Below, piece after piece: positions 40,401-53,821 of a stretch of DNA of 64,000 bases (the stretch's first letter is position 1; each line of letters starts with the position of its first letter). The stretch covers positions 186,001-250,000 of the forward strand of contig NW_026857880.1 of the NCBI RefSeq assembly GCF_026571515.1, written 5' to 3'. Under the pieces are notes generated by a model, which did no database searches, was not told the DNA's origin, and was given only the letters and a program-made list of their open reading frames with translations. This DNA comes from Ruditapes philippinarum (taxonomy: Eukaryota). Both the position numbers and the translations under genes were made by a program.

Positions 40401-40498
40401 GCCGACCAGTGCGACAAAACGTAAATTTATATTGTCGTTATTTTGTTCTTTCGTCACGACAGGACGAAGTAACGATATGGCAGAAATCAGCCAATATA
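37466..40498. mobile_element. TAT..ATA TIR element with perfect 6-bp TSD CTTAAA (IS3EU-like, non-autonomous), carrying nested insertions
   Basis: cttaaa|TATGGTGGCTAAATTCTGCCATGTC ... GATATGGCAGAAATCAGCCAATATA|cttaaa; subterminal inverted similarity extends ~200 bp. Confidence 0.8.
38814..40026. mobile_element. Helentron/HINE-like element with internal tandem array, nested
   Basis: T-tract, hairpin agctcacctgag...ctcagggtgagct, (gtcc)-type microsatellite, tandem units with aaaactaggtca, end gcgatcctgggccatc...cctcttgtt. Confidence 0.8.
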
Positions 40499-40731
40499 CT
40501 TAAACATTATTCATACGTACCTATATACTCGTAAATATGTAATTATAGATAATGGATAGTCTATAAAAGCTGACACATTTTAGATTTATTTAAACGCGTC
40601 ATTTCTCAAAGCAATAAAAAGCAGTGAATCCTCAAATTTTGAAGCTATAACAGTTATCTTAACATACTTATAACAAAATTTAAATCGCATACTCCATAAA
40701 AAGTAATAAAATGCAAAACAAATGCATAAAT

Positions 40732-42773
40732 AAACAAGAGGGCCATGATGGCCCTAAGGTCGCTCACCTGTATGTAGGCCCCCGGAGCGGGGCCAGTTTA
40801 AACCCCAGGGCTTTTATTTGAACAAACTTGGAAGACACCTATAAGAAGACGTTTCATGATGTACACACTTATAATGAAAAACAATGATCTGCCCTCCCCT
40901 ACCCCCGGCAGGGCCAATTTTAACCAAGGGCTTTTATTTGAACAAACTTGGTAGACACCCATAAGAAGATGTTTCATGCTAAACATCTAAGCTGTAGCTC
41001 ATTGTGTTTTTTTTAAAGAAGATTTTTTAAGTTTTTACTATACACATATAGTTAAAAACAATGACACCCCTGGGGCGGGGCCAGTTTTGACCCCAGGGCT
41101 TTTATTTAAACAAACTTTGTAGACACTCACTAGAAGATGTTTCATGCTTAATATCTAAACTCTAGCTATTTGGGTTTTTTCAAAGATGGTGTTTAAGTTT
41201 TTCCTATACACATATAAGGAAAATCAATGACCCCCAGGTTAGGGCCAATTTTGACCCCAGGGCTTTTATTTGAACAAACTTTGTAGACACTCACTAGAAG
41301 ATGTTTCATGCTTAATATCTTAACTCTAGCTATTTAGGTTTTTTCAAAGAATACTTTTTAAGTTTTTGATATACACATATATAAGGAAAATCAATGACCC
41401 CCGGGGCGGGGCCAATTTTGACCCCAGGGCTTTTATTTGAACAAACTTGGTAGACACCCATTAGAACATGTTTCATGCTAAATATCTTAGCTCTAGCTCT
41501 TTGAGTTCTTTAAAAGAAGATTTTTTAAAGTTTTTTTACTATATACATGTACATATAGGGAAAATCAATGACCCCCTGGGGCGGGGCCAATTTTGACCCC
41601 AAGGCTTTTATTTGAACAAACTTGGTAGACACCCATTAGAACATGTTTCGTGCTAAATATCTTAGCTCTAGCTCTTTGAGTTCTTTAAAAGAAGATTTTT
41701 TAAGTTTTTACTATATACATATAGGGAAAATCAATGACCCCCTGGGGCGGGGCAATTTTGACCCCAGGGCTTTTATTTGAACAAACTTGGTAGACAACCA
41801 TTAGAACATGTTTCATGCTAAATATCTTAGCTCTAGCTCCATGAGTTCTTTAAAAGAAGATTTTTAAATTTTTACTATATGCATACAGGGAAAATCAATG
41901 ACCCCCTGGGGTGAGGCCAATTTTGACCCCAGGGCTTTTATTTGAACAAACTTGGTAGACACTCATTAGAAGATGTTTCACGCTAAATATCTTAGCTCTA
42001 GCTCTTTGGGTTCTTTAAAAAAAGATTTTTTAAGTTTTTACTTTATGCATATAGGGAAAATCAATGACACCCTGGGGCGGGGCCAATTTTGACCCCAGGG
42101 CTTTTATTTGAGCAATCTTGGTAGACACTCACTAGAGGATGTTTCATGCCAAATATCTAAGCTCTAGCTCTTCGGGTTCTTTAAAAGGAGATTTTTAAGT
42201 TTTTACTATATACATATAGGGAAAATCAATGACCCCCTGGGGCGGGGCCAATTTTGACCCCAGGGCTTTTATTTGAACAAACTTGGTAGACACCCATTAG
42301 AACATGTTTCATGCTAAATATCTTAGCTCTAGCTCTTTGAGTTCTTTAAAAGAAGATTTTTTAAGTTTTTACTATATACATATAGGGAAAATCAATGACC
42401 CCTGGGGCGGGGCCAATTTTGACCCCAGGGCTTTTATTTGAACAATCTTGGTAGACACTTACTAGAAGATGTTTCATGCCAAATATCTAAGCTCTAGCTC
42501 TTTCGGTTTTTTAAAAGAAGATATTTAAAGTTTTTTCTTTTGGTTGCCATGGCAACCAGAGTTCTGCATGGAATTAAATTCTTTGAACAATTTTTAAAGG
42601 TGACCACCAAAGGAACATTCCTGTGAAGTTTGGATGAAATTGGCTTAGTGGTTTATGAGGAGATGTTATTTAAAGTAAAAGTTTACGGACGGACGGACGG
42701 ACGACGGACGGACGCCGGACGAAAAGCGATCACAAAAGCTCACCCTGTCACTTTGTGACAGGTGAGCTAAAAA
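40732..42773. mobile_element. Helentron/HINE-like element with ~10 copies of a ~165-bp repeat
   Basis: Starts aaacaagagggccatgatggccct...cgctcacctg; homogeneous units ccccagggcttttatttgaacaaacttggtagacac; (ggac)n; hairpin agctcaccctgtcac ttt gtgacaggtgagct plus A-tract. Confidence 0.9.
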
Positions 42774-42884
42774 TTAAAACAAAAAATATTTACTTTACTA
42801 AACAAAAACAAAATTAAAGCGGCGGAATTAAAGCTGATATACCCAGAAACACTCCGAAGCTTAAAGACATTCCACATATATAAA

Positions 42885-43078
42885 TATAGTCCAAAACTTG
42901 CCTATAGTGACAGTTTATATGAAATACGCGGAAGAAGACCTGAAACGCACACCTGAGTAGAACAACGGTCCGTAATAAGTTTCTCACATGTAGAATCCAA
43001 AGAAGCTAAGCTGGTGCAGACCCAAACTTTTCAGCGGTTTAAAGTTAACGACCGTAACCATTCGGCCACTGTCACCCC
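42885..43078 (-). mobile_element. tRNA-derived SINE fragment
   Basis: Ends acgaccgtaaccattcggccac (reverse complement of a tRNA-like A box); body resembles 30470-30622. Confidence 0.45.
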
Positions 43079-45120
43079 CTTATTTTTTCCAGCTTAATCT
43101 TTTATTTTAAGCTTTACTGGCATTCTTACTTAATTGATTCTCATTCTTTACTAAATAAAAGGACAACGAGTAAGTTGTAATGTGAAAAAAAAATCCACTG
43201 AAAAATATATTTTTTGTTAAGTGCAATATTATTATCAATCTATTGCACTCATGCAGCTTTTAAGGAGCGAAAATGTGCATGTATATTTTTTTTACATAAT
43301 TTATTATGCTGTAATCGATTCTTACTTTATTTATTGAAGGACATCATTGACAACCGAACCCTGTACAGCTAACTTGCACGTAGATCTAGATGTAAGTTTC
43401 TAACAGTTCATTTTTGTCCATTAGTTAAATATTTCATCGCAGGAAGTTTACAAATAACCTTTAAATAAACAATAAAATGATCAAGTGTGTGTACAGTGCA
43501 TTGATTTCATTTTGTTAATAAAAAAACGTTAAAAATTACATCTCGCCCAGACATGCAAAAATCGGTCACGATCAAAAATAGTACACCAATATCGCGAGAT
43601 ACCTGAAACCGATTAAGGAGAATGATGAAATCAAGGTTATTCGTTTCTAAAGCATATACTGTACCTTTTATATATTTGATAGTGATTAAAAGGAAAATTT
43701 ATAAAAAGCAATTATTACTTGCACTTATTTTGAAATGTGTAGTTATGTTAGTAAATAAATAGATATGTTGAATATTTTAAAAACATAAAAACGCTACTTA
43801 AATTTAAAGAAATTGAGGTATGTACAAAATAAGTTGTAATTACAATTTTCGTCTAAGAAAAAAACATTTGCAATTAATAATTGAATGACATGTTAAACAT
43901 CAAACTTCTCTAATCTAGTTTGAGATTAATGATAGTTTCAACTTAAATATTTAGTTGATATGATAAAAACCATTATAGTGGCGGTACAAACGCACCCGTT
44001 TGACATTCAAACGGTGCGATAATTAGAGTTATAAAAATTATTTTGCTGTACATATTTTTCACCACTCAAAAAGGTTGGAAGCATAAAAGGGAAAAAATAA
44101 CATAATTATACCATTTTTAAGAAGAATGTTAGGCTATTCCCCTCTTTCATTTTTTTCAAAAACAATTTCGATATAACCCGTCAACACACTGCATACATTA
44201 CACATAATTCTAACATTGGTTATGAATTATTTGCGCTTAAGTTAAGATTTTTTTAAATTTAACGGTAGATTAATCGAAAACGTTGACAACCCCTTAACCC
44301 CTTTTTTCGCTAAAAAATTCCAATGTCCTTATCATCTTGATGATCTTTTTATTTTTTTAAAGGGAACATTGGGAGAATAGCGAAGTGTTATAACGACAAT
44401 ATATCATATTGCTATAAAAAATATTCTGCCATCGAACCGCCGTGGGTCTTTATTATCTCGATGACACTGGATTCTATGTACATTCATGTATCATTATTTT
44501 AGACGATAAATTTAAATGACCTTGTCCTTAATCCGGAACAGCGCCAGCATGTGTCTGGCACTCTTTTATGACATGGCTTACATTTTTGCTAAGTTTGTCA
44601 AACATTCCTTCAACGAGTAAAAGATTGATACAACAGGCATGGACTGTATGGTACTTGACTTTAAAGTGCAAATCTTGACCTTCAGGAAACACAGCGGCGG
44701 TATGGGATCTAATTATTGAGGTGAACATTCAAGTTAAAATTCTTTACTTGATAAAGGATTTACAAATCGGATACAAAATTGTCTGACCTTGAGCCGACAC
44801 TGTTGTGTGTCCATGTACATTAACACACATGCACATTGACATGATTGAAGCTATAAACATTATCATTCAATGGGTATAGCTTTTTTAAATATTGCACCGT
44901 CTTTAACTACCAATAAAAGAGTTAATAAAGAGTAGTAGACCGACGGCAACATATTCATACATATTTATAAAATGCAGTTTTAAAAAATGCTGCTGCATAA
45001 ACTAACTAAACATTAGCATACATTGTATGGTAGTCAAACTCACATAAATGAAATGTTTATGATTTTAAATATGATAATGTAAAATACTACTTCTAAATGC
45101 ACATAGACAAAAATAATAAA

Positions 45121-46687
45121 AAACAAGAACGTTTTTGTTAAACGCAAATGCCCCCGACTCAGATTATTGTCAGTACCAATATTTCAAAATATGTTTACCC
45201 TTTGACTCAGTAATGGACAGAAAAAAATGCCAAAAAATTGTAAACAAGAGTTATATAGCTTGACAAAGTTATGACATTTTGTAATTGTGAAAAATATAAG
45301 TTGCCAAGTCATTGCTCTAACTTATGAAGTTGAAAAATATTCAACTTCATGCAAGTTATCTTCCTATCATATATGAAATACATCTGTCATTAAATAAAGG
45401 CTGTATGGGCAAAAGTGTAAAAATCTATTATAAGCACTTGTGACCTTAACCAAACTGGCCCTTAAAGGAAGAATATCATGTTAGTTATCTTCCTACCAAA
45501 TATGAAATACATATATAAATAAATAAAGGCTGTATGGCTAAAAGTGTAAAAATCTATTTTTAGCAAAAGTGACCTTGACCCAACTGACCCCTTACTCCAC
45601 CAAAGGAAGAATACTATGCAAGTTATTTTCCTACCAAATATGAAAAACATCTGTCAGTAAATATAAGCTGTATGTGCAAAAGTGTAAAAATCTATTTTTA
45701 GCACAAGTGACCTTGACCCACTGATCCCTACCCCAATGAAAAGGATGAATACCATGCAAGTTATCTTCCTACCAAATATAAAATATATCTGTCACTTAAT
45801 AAAGGCTGTATAAGCAAATGTGTAAAAATCTATTTTTAACACTGGTGACATTGACCCAACTGACCACTAACTCCATCAAAGTTTATGTTTCTATCAATTA
45901 TAAATAACATTTGTCTATGGAATAAAGTCAATACACCTGTAAAAAAATAAAAATATATTTTTAACATTGGTGACCTTGACATTGGTAACATTGACCTTGA
46001 CCCAAATTACCCCTTACTACACCCAAAGGAGGATATCCCTTGGCATGTTTGTATAAAACTAAGACATCACATGAAATATAAAGGCTGTATGAGCAAAAAT
46101 GTTTATATTTATTTTTTAAACCAGTGACCTTGACCTTGTCCCTAGAGACCGCTTACTCCACAAAAATTAGACGACCATCAAGGTATCCACCTACTAAATG
46201 TGAAAGATATCATTAAAGAAATTAGGCAATTAGTAAAAATTTAAGATAAATCCAACTTGCCGAAATAGGTTAACCAGACAAGGCCCTATTTTCAAAGTTA
46301 AAAAAGGGAATTAACTTGGAAATATGGATGACTCAGTTATATAACTAGGCAATATCATTTACTTTGTATTGATAAGTAAGCTTGGAAATTATAAAGCCAT
46401 TAGTATAGAGAGAACTTCAGATATTTCCAACTTGCCGTTTTAAGTTAGCAATTATTCATTTTCTAAGTGCTGAAAAGGGCAAGAACTTGATAAATATGAA
46501 AGCCAGAGTTATGTAACTTGCCCAGATCATGTACTTTGTATTGATAAGTAAGTGTGTAAACTAAAAGGCTATTGGTACTGGTAGAACTGAAGAAAATCTA
46601 ACTTGCCGTTCTAGGTTTACCTAGTACGGACAGACGGACAGACGGACGGACGGACGGTTCAATCTATGTGCCCAGGGGCATAAAAAA
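45121..46687. mobile_element. Helentron/HINE-like element with ~130-bp tandem units
   Basis: Starts aaacaag...aatgcccccg; repeats with gtgaccttgaccc and aaagtgtaaaaatctatt; (ggac)n; terminal tgcccaggggcat plus A-tract. Confidence 0.8.
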
Positions 46688-46759
46688 CAGTATAACCGTG
46701 TTTAAAACATTTAAAATTAATCGGACAAAATATTCTAATTATTATCTGTAAATTTAATA

Positions 46760-49460
46760 CTGTATGTTAACATAGATTTAATAATGGAATGTCAACAAGC
46801 AGGAGATAACGCATCGTCGGATACGCACGGCTGATTCATAAACAATTATTACTTGTTAAACAAGAACTTAGATGATTTGATAGATAGCTTTCGCAATGTC
46901 ATTGAATGAGATTAAGAAATTTAACCTGACGAGGTCGAATCGGTAATGGTAACAGTCAAGGCAGTAAATACATGTTTATTGATATTGACAGATCATTAAA
47001 TTTGGTAGTTGGAAAGTTACCTGAAACAGTAAAAAATCTTAAAAGAAAATATGAACCATTTTATTGAAAGCTATATGAAAGTTAATAATAATGTGTTTTA
47101 TCTGCAAGGAGAATCACTTATCCAGACAGAGATTCTTTAGTTCCTGACGTACTCATTGAAACATTTCCAACGGTGGAGGATAAAAAACTAAGATTTGAAA
47201 GTAAAAGCCAAACTTTCTAACATAATTAATGAAAATGTATGTATCTCTCCAGACAAATCAAAGGATGAAAGAATAGATTCAGGAAATTTCAATTCGGTCG
47301 TGATTTCAGGGAACCGGACGGGACGTCTTCCAATTAGAGGAAAAATAGTTGCATTATATGTATATATGAGAATAGTGGCAGCCATAATAATGGTGCATCA
47401 AATAAAAATAGTAACAACCGCAGTAATAGTGTAAATCAGTACACAAGTAATATTGGCTGTCAGTGCTCAAATGTCAGAGGTAACAATCATGGAAATGGCA
47501 GTATTAATGCTTGAGGTTGTGGCGTAAACGTCTCGGACAGAGAGAAAAATGCTTCCGAGGGCGAGGTCAACAAGGTCAGAATTGAGGTCATGGCAAAACA
47601 GGAGAAAAGGTGCAATTAGGTTGTTGGAATGTGAATGGGCGAAGTAATATTACCTTTTTGACAATTGCCGTTTGAGGGAACAAAGTTTAGAATATTTAAA
47701 CTTGATATTATTGGTATATGCGAATCTCATTTGACTCATAACAATGTATTAAATTTAGATGGTTGCAAGTGGTTTTGTAATTTGTGATTACTGAAACAGC
47801 AGCATTGATGACATGTATGATTATATTTAATTACCTTAAAACTATACATGTACATGTAGTTCCAAACTATATAACCAAATACATATTAACAAAATATAGC
47901 ATACCAATTATGGATCAAATTCCTGCTAAAAACACAACACTAACCCATTTATAAGGTTATGATCTGTGAAATCTGATCCTTCTGTACCAGAATATTCTTC
48001 GCATGGTTTTTGACAAAGTGCATTTATAAAGTAACGATAATATCCTACAGATGTCTGTCCACCAACTCTATCTGTAACGTTTCACTGGTTAAAGATCGTT
48101 CAGCGCGACATTATTGTTGTGCTTGTGGTAATTTAGGTTTTTTTCTATTCAGCTATTTTCTTGTTGGGTGGTTCCAGTAATCCTCACTTGATAAAATCAC
48201 CCTTAGGATATACGGCCTGCTTTTTAAATTTGTCTTTTGACGTCTTATCTGTGATATGCTGGCTGCATAACCTCTGATCTCCTTTCAAAATTCCATTTTA
48301 TTGTTTTTTCGTTTAGGGCACACGCATGTTTTACATGGGGGCCATATGCCGCTTTTCATAGAATGGCACTTACTTGTCCATTAAAGGTTCCATGATAACC
48401 GCCATATGAGCACATCTTCGGATGTTTCAAAATTGTACTAGTTCATATTTAATGTTGAATTCTGCTTAAGCCGGTGTTAGGGGGGCGTGGACGGTAGTTT
48501 GCACTTGACAGTACCGTCCATGAGCAGGCTCAATCTAATCGAGCCTGCAACATTTTCAATTTTGTCGTGTTGGACTTTCTTTAGAGATTCTTGTTTTCTC
48601 TATTTTTACGGTTCTTATGCACTGCATATTTACCGAATGAGATATATCTACCAACAAAGTTTCATGTTGATATCTCTTGTGGTTTCAGAGTTATGTCCCA
48701 GACAAAAAGCGGACGGACGAACAAAGCGGCGACTATACGCTCAACCTTCGTGGGGGCGTAAAAGATACACCTGAATCGGTCAAAGGTAGTTAAGTTTTGA
48801 CTTTTGTATTGTACATTAAGAATACCTACAAATGTTGTCATAAGGAGTAATGAACTGATTTCAAGACAAACCTTCAAAGATGATTTTCTGCTTAGTTCTA
48901 TGTATTTACTTGAGTCTTTAAAAGTCCTGGTAATTACGAAAACCATGAAAGGTAAAACAATAACAGTAATTTTCACAGTATGGTACTCCTTATTATTATT
49001 ATTATTGCTCGCAAATAAAGTCAAAAACAGCAAACAAACGTAAATATTGCTTTTAAAGATATTTCAATGTTATCACATACAATGATGTGTATGATCGATT
49101 AACTGAGGTCATGAAACTGTCCTGTTGGTACCTCGAATAAGACCACAAAGGTTGGAAAACCATTGTGGTGAGATACTTTCAGTGAACTATGAAACGTTCA
49201 AAGTCACGCTGAAATATCAGCTGATAAGTTTAAGAATGATAGTTGTATCTCATTCTTACAATCATTTAATCATAAAATTCTTTAACACCGGTATTATACC
49301 ATCTGAGTGGGAAAAAGTCATTCTATCTCCAGTCCCCAAGTCTAGAACTGCTGATCGACGGGATCCATTGTCATATACAAAAGCTACTCTAGCATTTTGA
49401 TTGCAAGATTATTCTCATGGTATGAGCGAAATAACATTCTAGTTGATGAGCAGAATGTAT
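46760..49460 (+). mobile_element. Decayed CR1/L2-type LINE (ORF1 remnant, endonuclease start, RT fragment), interrupted and internally deleted
   Basis: ~47616-47780 reads LGCWNVNG...LDIIGICESHL...LNLDGCKWF (AP-endonuclease N-terminus); ~49260-49455 reads FFNTGIIPSEWEKVILSPVPK...DPLSY...ILVDEQN (pre-RT domain); many stops and frameshifts. The left boundary is approximate. Confidence 0.7.
48620..48763. mobile_element. Truncated HINE-like fragment
   Basis: aaagtttcatgttgatatctcttgtggtttcagagttatg, (ggac) repeats, terminal hairpin acgctcaaccttcgtgggggcgt plus A-tract. Confidence 0.55.
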
Positions 49461-51179
49461 TAATGAATACAGAAATACGCAAATAAGCAAATATATGCCT
49501 ATGATACCATTCCGTATTTTTTTGATTTAACATAAAGTGCCCCTGTTATGTCTACACCTTTTACTGTAAATTGTACGCTATCTTCTACTCGATATCTGGG
49601 ATCGACATTTCCTCATTTTGACCTATCACGGCTTATTTTTTTCTGAACAATTCTGCGATGAAACTCTCTTGTTGAAATCAGCTTTTGGGGATTCATGACT
49701 AGTCGATAGCTATTCAAACGGCACCAATGTGGAAGTGGTTTCGTATATTGTAATAATACAGAGGCGTTGTATAGCTTCAATCTGTATTGACTCTCGATTA
49801 AATGTGTACACAACCTCAATAGTAATACAAATGTATAATAGCTCTTGATGTTATATAACAAAATGGTATATTTTAAAGTTAATCTCGAATTGATATCTTT
49901 AAATTTAATCAGACTGACATGTACATGTAAATTAATATTTGTCATTGACAGAAATACATTGCAATATAAATATACGCGAATTTAATGTTAAGAAACAGCT
50001 GCTAATGAGTTGAAAAATGCATGACCTTTAGATAAACCTAAAAAACTTTGCTAGGGTGTTCTTGCATAATTGCTATGGGCATTGGAAGTTCATTCCAAAC
50101 GAGATTATTAGCGGTGTCTTAATTTATTTGTGATCATATAAATAAGTATAGAAAAGAAAGGTAACTTTTCAGTACATAAATGAAGTACTTTTAGTATGCC
50201 GAGGAGTTGTCTCCCTTTACAATTTGGTAATTCTCACAGCCAGTTTTGTGTTTTACAATACGTTATTAAAATGTTGTATCTGTTGTTTTCTATGGATGAA
50301 CCTTTAATAAAGATTTAATTCATTTTATGGTACATGTAAAATCAACCGTTGGTATCCCAAGATGGAGTGGAATTTAATTAAGACAGTGTACGGATGACCA
50401 CATACAAATGCGCACGCACGCGCTCACGCACACACATACCTCTTTTGTGAAAATGTCTATGGATTTATTGATTTTCTCCCTCTCCTCAGTAAACAGAAGC
50501 CTTAATTGCAGTCATACAAACTAACTAGTCTGTATGAACATACATTCGGTGTTTCATTCGAAGCACACGATGCATTACATGATGCGACAATTTTACAGGT
50601 TACATCAAAAATCAACGCAGAGGGTTCCAGAATTTTAACTACAGATGAAGCGGTTTATTACTTATAGACCAAACGCCGGTCATGTACCTGTGCTACTGAA
50701 CTACGCCTCGGGTAACAGTATTTTCCTCGGGATGATATTTTTACTGTTACCAACAAACCCATGTGTTATTTATAGAATGTCAGATGATTAAACATGATCC
50801 ACAAAGCATCAGACAGTACGATAAATGGCTTTTGCAAGTTCAATATTCATCAATCAACGAAAGAATTAGTCGCTACGCAAGTTTGAATGGAATAATTTTA
50901 TTAATCTAAAATGTTATACGCCATACAAATTAAGATATCAAATTTCAAACATTTTAAATGAATGACAAGTCATAATATAGAACAAGCTACAACTAATATG
51001 ACGATGTTTATTATAATTGATAACACTTTCTACATGAAATGAAAATAATAATAAAAAGGTTTGATGCTAATATACATGTACATATAATTATATAAAAACT
51101 CTAGATTTGTTATTCTATTTGTTGAGAAGAGTTGATGATTTTTAATACTCTAACATTTGTCGTTTATTGTTTTTTATTA

Positions 51180-52666
51180 TTACTCTTTATTCAAAAACTT
51201 TGAGGCGATGAGAATTCCACCTGCTGCCCATGCCGCTAGCCAAGCAATTATGTCCAGGGCAAACCCGTAATCATAATCTGATCCGCTTGATTTGATTTTA
51301 TCAGCATACACTGCCATAGCAATCATCAAGAAAAATCCTGAAAAACAAACAATATTTAGATTCACAATTATGTGAATTTTGATATTAATTTGGAACAATT
51401 TAATAACAAAACTTGTGTATGATAGTGAGAAGTAATTCTGTATTGACCAATACATATATAATTCAATGTACATGTAAGAATAACTGCATACGTGTAAGCA
51501 CTTCACAAACAACCAGAAATGACTCGTTTTAACAAGAACTCGTTCTATGCAATACGGCTTCAACTTTTATTCTTTAACATATCATATATCAATGTTTACG
51601 TTAACATATTCATATACTTACCGGACGCGAAATTCAAGCCTCCAGCTGCAAAGAGTAGCATCTGTTGATCCTTCATTACAAACATCACAAGCACTGCACA
51701 CACAATAGCTCCTGTTATTCCGAATATAGCCAAAAATATCATTGCCTTGCATGCATTGGCAGAATTTTTTTGCTCGTCTGTGACTGTAAATACCACAAAG
51801 AGATATTATGCCTTTTTACGTTGTCAAGTTAAAATGAAAACCTATAAATACAGATGATAATCGCTTAAAAGGGTCCTGCATTCCAAGTTTGTTATGTCTC
51901 TACACACATAGATGCCATACCCATCGCCGGGGGACAAAAACCCCCGATTTTCGACCCTGTCTCTAGAATCTACACCCCACATAACAAAATAATAGTAAAA
52001 CTTAATCAAAGTTTTACCCGTGACACAAACTCTCCGGGCAACAGCTAGCCGATTTTGGACATTCCGGTTGATGGCTGTTGTGTGAGTGGTTGCACTGTAA
52101 ATGACTCCCTTTACAGTCATTGAATAAATATGTTCTCTAACCTTTAATGTTTAGAAAAAATTCGACCACTTTATATATTACAATTAAGTACAAAAAAAGT
52201 AAAATCAGGTACTTCAAAGGAATGATTGATATATTATATTGATTAAAAATAGAACGACCTAAAATAAGCAAGAGATTCAAAGTCCAGCGCAGACTTATCA
52301 AAACAAAAATCGTCGACCTTGTTCTTCTAACTTAAAATGTTTATTGAATTATAATTATTCTAGTAAGATCGTGCAAAGTTTAAAGAAATACCAATGAATT
52401 TAAGCAATAGTGAAATAAGAAAAAGAATCATAAAATAAAAAGAATAAAGTAATTGTTTAACCTGAAGAAAAATCAGCAATATTGGTACAGCTCTCTGATC
52501 CAGAACCTTCGGTGCATATTTTCCACAAACCGATCTTAGTTTCAATAGTGGTTGTTAAAATTGTGACCTCGGATGTTTCCCATTTGTCGGCCGCCAATGC
52601 TATAATAGCAAAAAGAAGGGCCACTCCAGATACCCCAATGCCTACGAATCCTATGATGTTTGCCAT
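51180..52666 (-). CDS. Claudin/PMP22/EMP-family tetraspan protein, paralog 2, 3 exons, 174 aa
   Basis: Exons 52666-52462, 51783-51622 and 51337-51180, phase 1, same structure as paralog 1; KW...GLWKIC...SC signature; in-frame upstream ATG at 52735. Confidence 0.9.
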
Positions 52667-53726
52667 AACCGCACTGTAGCCAAGCTTGACACGAAATGGT
52701 AGTTTGTCAATCAGTTTGTTTACTTTGGTTACCATGTTACGAACAAGAAAACAGAGGAAGGGAACCAAATGCAATTATTCGTTTCTTGTCCACTTTTTAT
52801 TTTATTTTTCGTGTGGGACTGGAAATGCTGTCAAATTTTTAAATCAAATTTAGAATTAATCTATAGCAAAGTTTATATAATTATCAATTAATCTAAAACA
52901 TATTTTAATTTTATTTATTGCAGCATATTAAAAGCGTATATTCAGAAATTGTGTATTTCGCCTTCAAAGCTTAGTATCTTAGTTAAATTTACCTTTTTTA
53001 TTAATTTCATGGGCTTTATATATTGAATTATTTTATATTTACCTACATAGACACTATCTCTAGTAGTGACACACGAAGTAAAGGCATTTTTGTCTGCATG
53101 TTTTGACTTTAATTTGGTAATTGACGTGAATTGAAAATTGGAATATTACTTTTGTAGATTGCTTTCTTTAATAAATTTTCAAAATTTTAAAGAAAACTTG
53201 CATGACTCTAGGTTTGCTGTTGTAAAGGATTTGAACTTCAAAACAAAATATTGTGGGTTATCTGTCACGGCTTCCACTTATATTCTCCAACTGAGACAAT
53301 TCTTAAAATCGATTCGGATTTTTTACACATGTTTTATTCACCATAAAAAAGTCTCATTTTGCCTTTAACTTATCCCTCACGTTTTATCTGTCTATTTTTA
53401 AAAAAAAAAAAAATTGAAATTTATTACAATATATGTACTTTGAGTTTTTTTAAATAATTATATGCCGGTTAGTTGGACATTTTCCTGACGATTGACGTGA
53501 ATTGACAAATGCTTTTTAGTGTCCAGCTTTAATGGTCATCCAATGGAAACGATATATATCTTTAAATTATAGAAGAAACAGACGTCAATTCTATTTCAAA
53601 TTCCATTCATATTCGCCTTCAGTTTTTCATAGTGCTTCATAGAACTGCGTTGTTGAAAAAGTCGTGACGTAATAAAGTGAATATAATTAATGAAGCCAAA
53701 TTAAGCTTGACACTAAGTATGTTACT

Positions 53727-53821
53727 ATTCATCCGTAGCTGTTCTACAGAAATTAGAAACATTCTATTGTCGCTATCGCTCCTGTCGAAGTTTCTAATTT
53801 CTGTAGAACAGCACGGATGAA
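53727..53821. repeat. Long hairpin with gctatcgct loop
   Basis: ttcatccgtagctgttctacagaaattagaaac ... gtttctaatttctgtagaacagcacggatgaa. Confidence 0.7.

Noticed and set aside
40800-42500. Regular repeats that could be mistaken for a CRISPR array
   Set aside because: Whole ~165-bp units repeat with no unique spacers, there are no cas genes, and the context is eukaryotic.
48000-48430. Possible THAP-domain remnant on the minus strand (PKMCSYGG...RLCSQH)
   Set aside because: Multiple stops and only two short motifs; needs a profile search to support.
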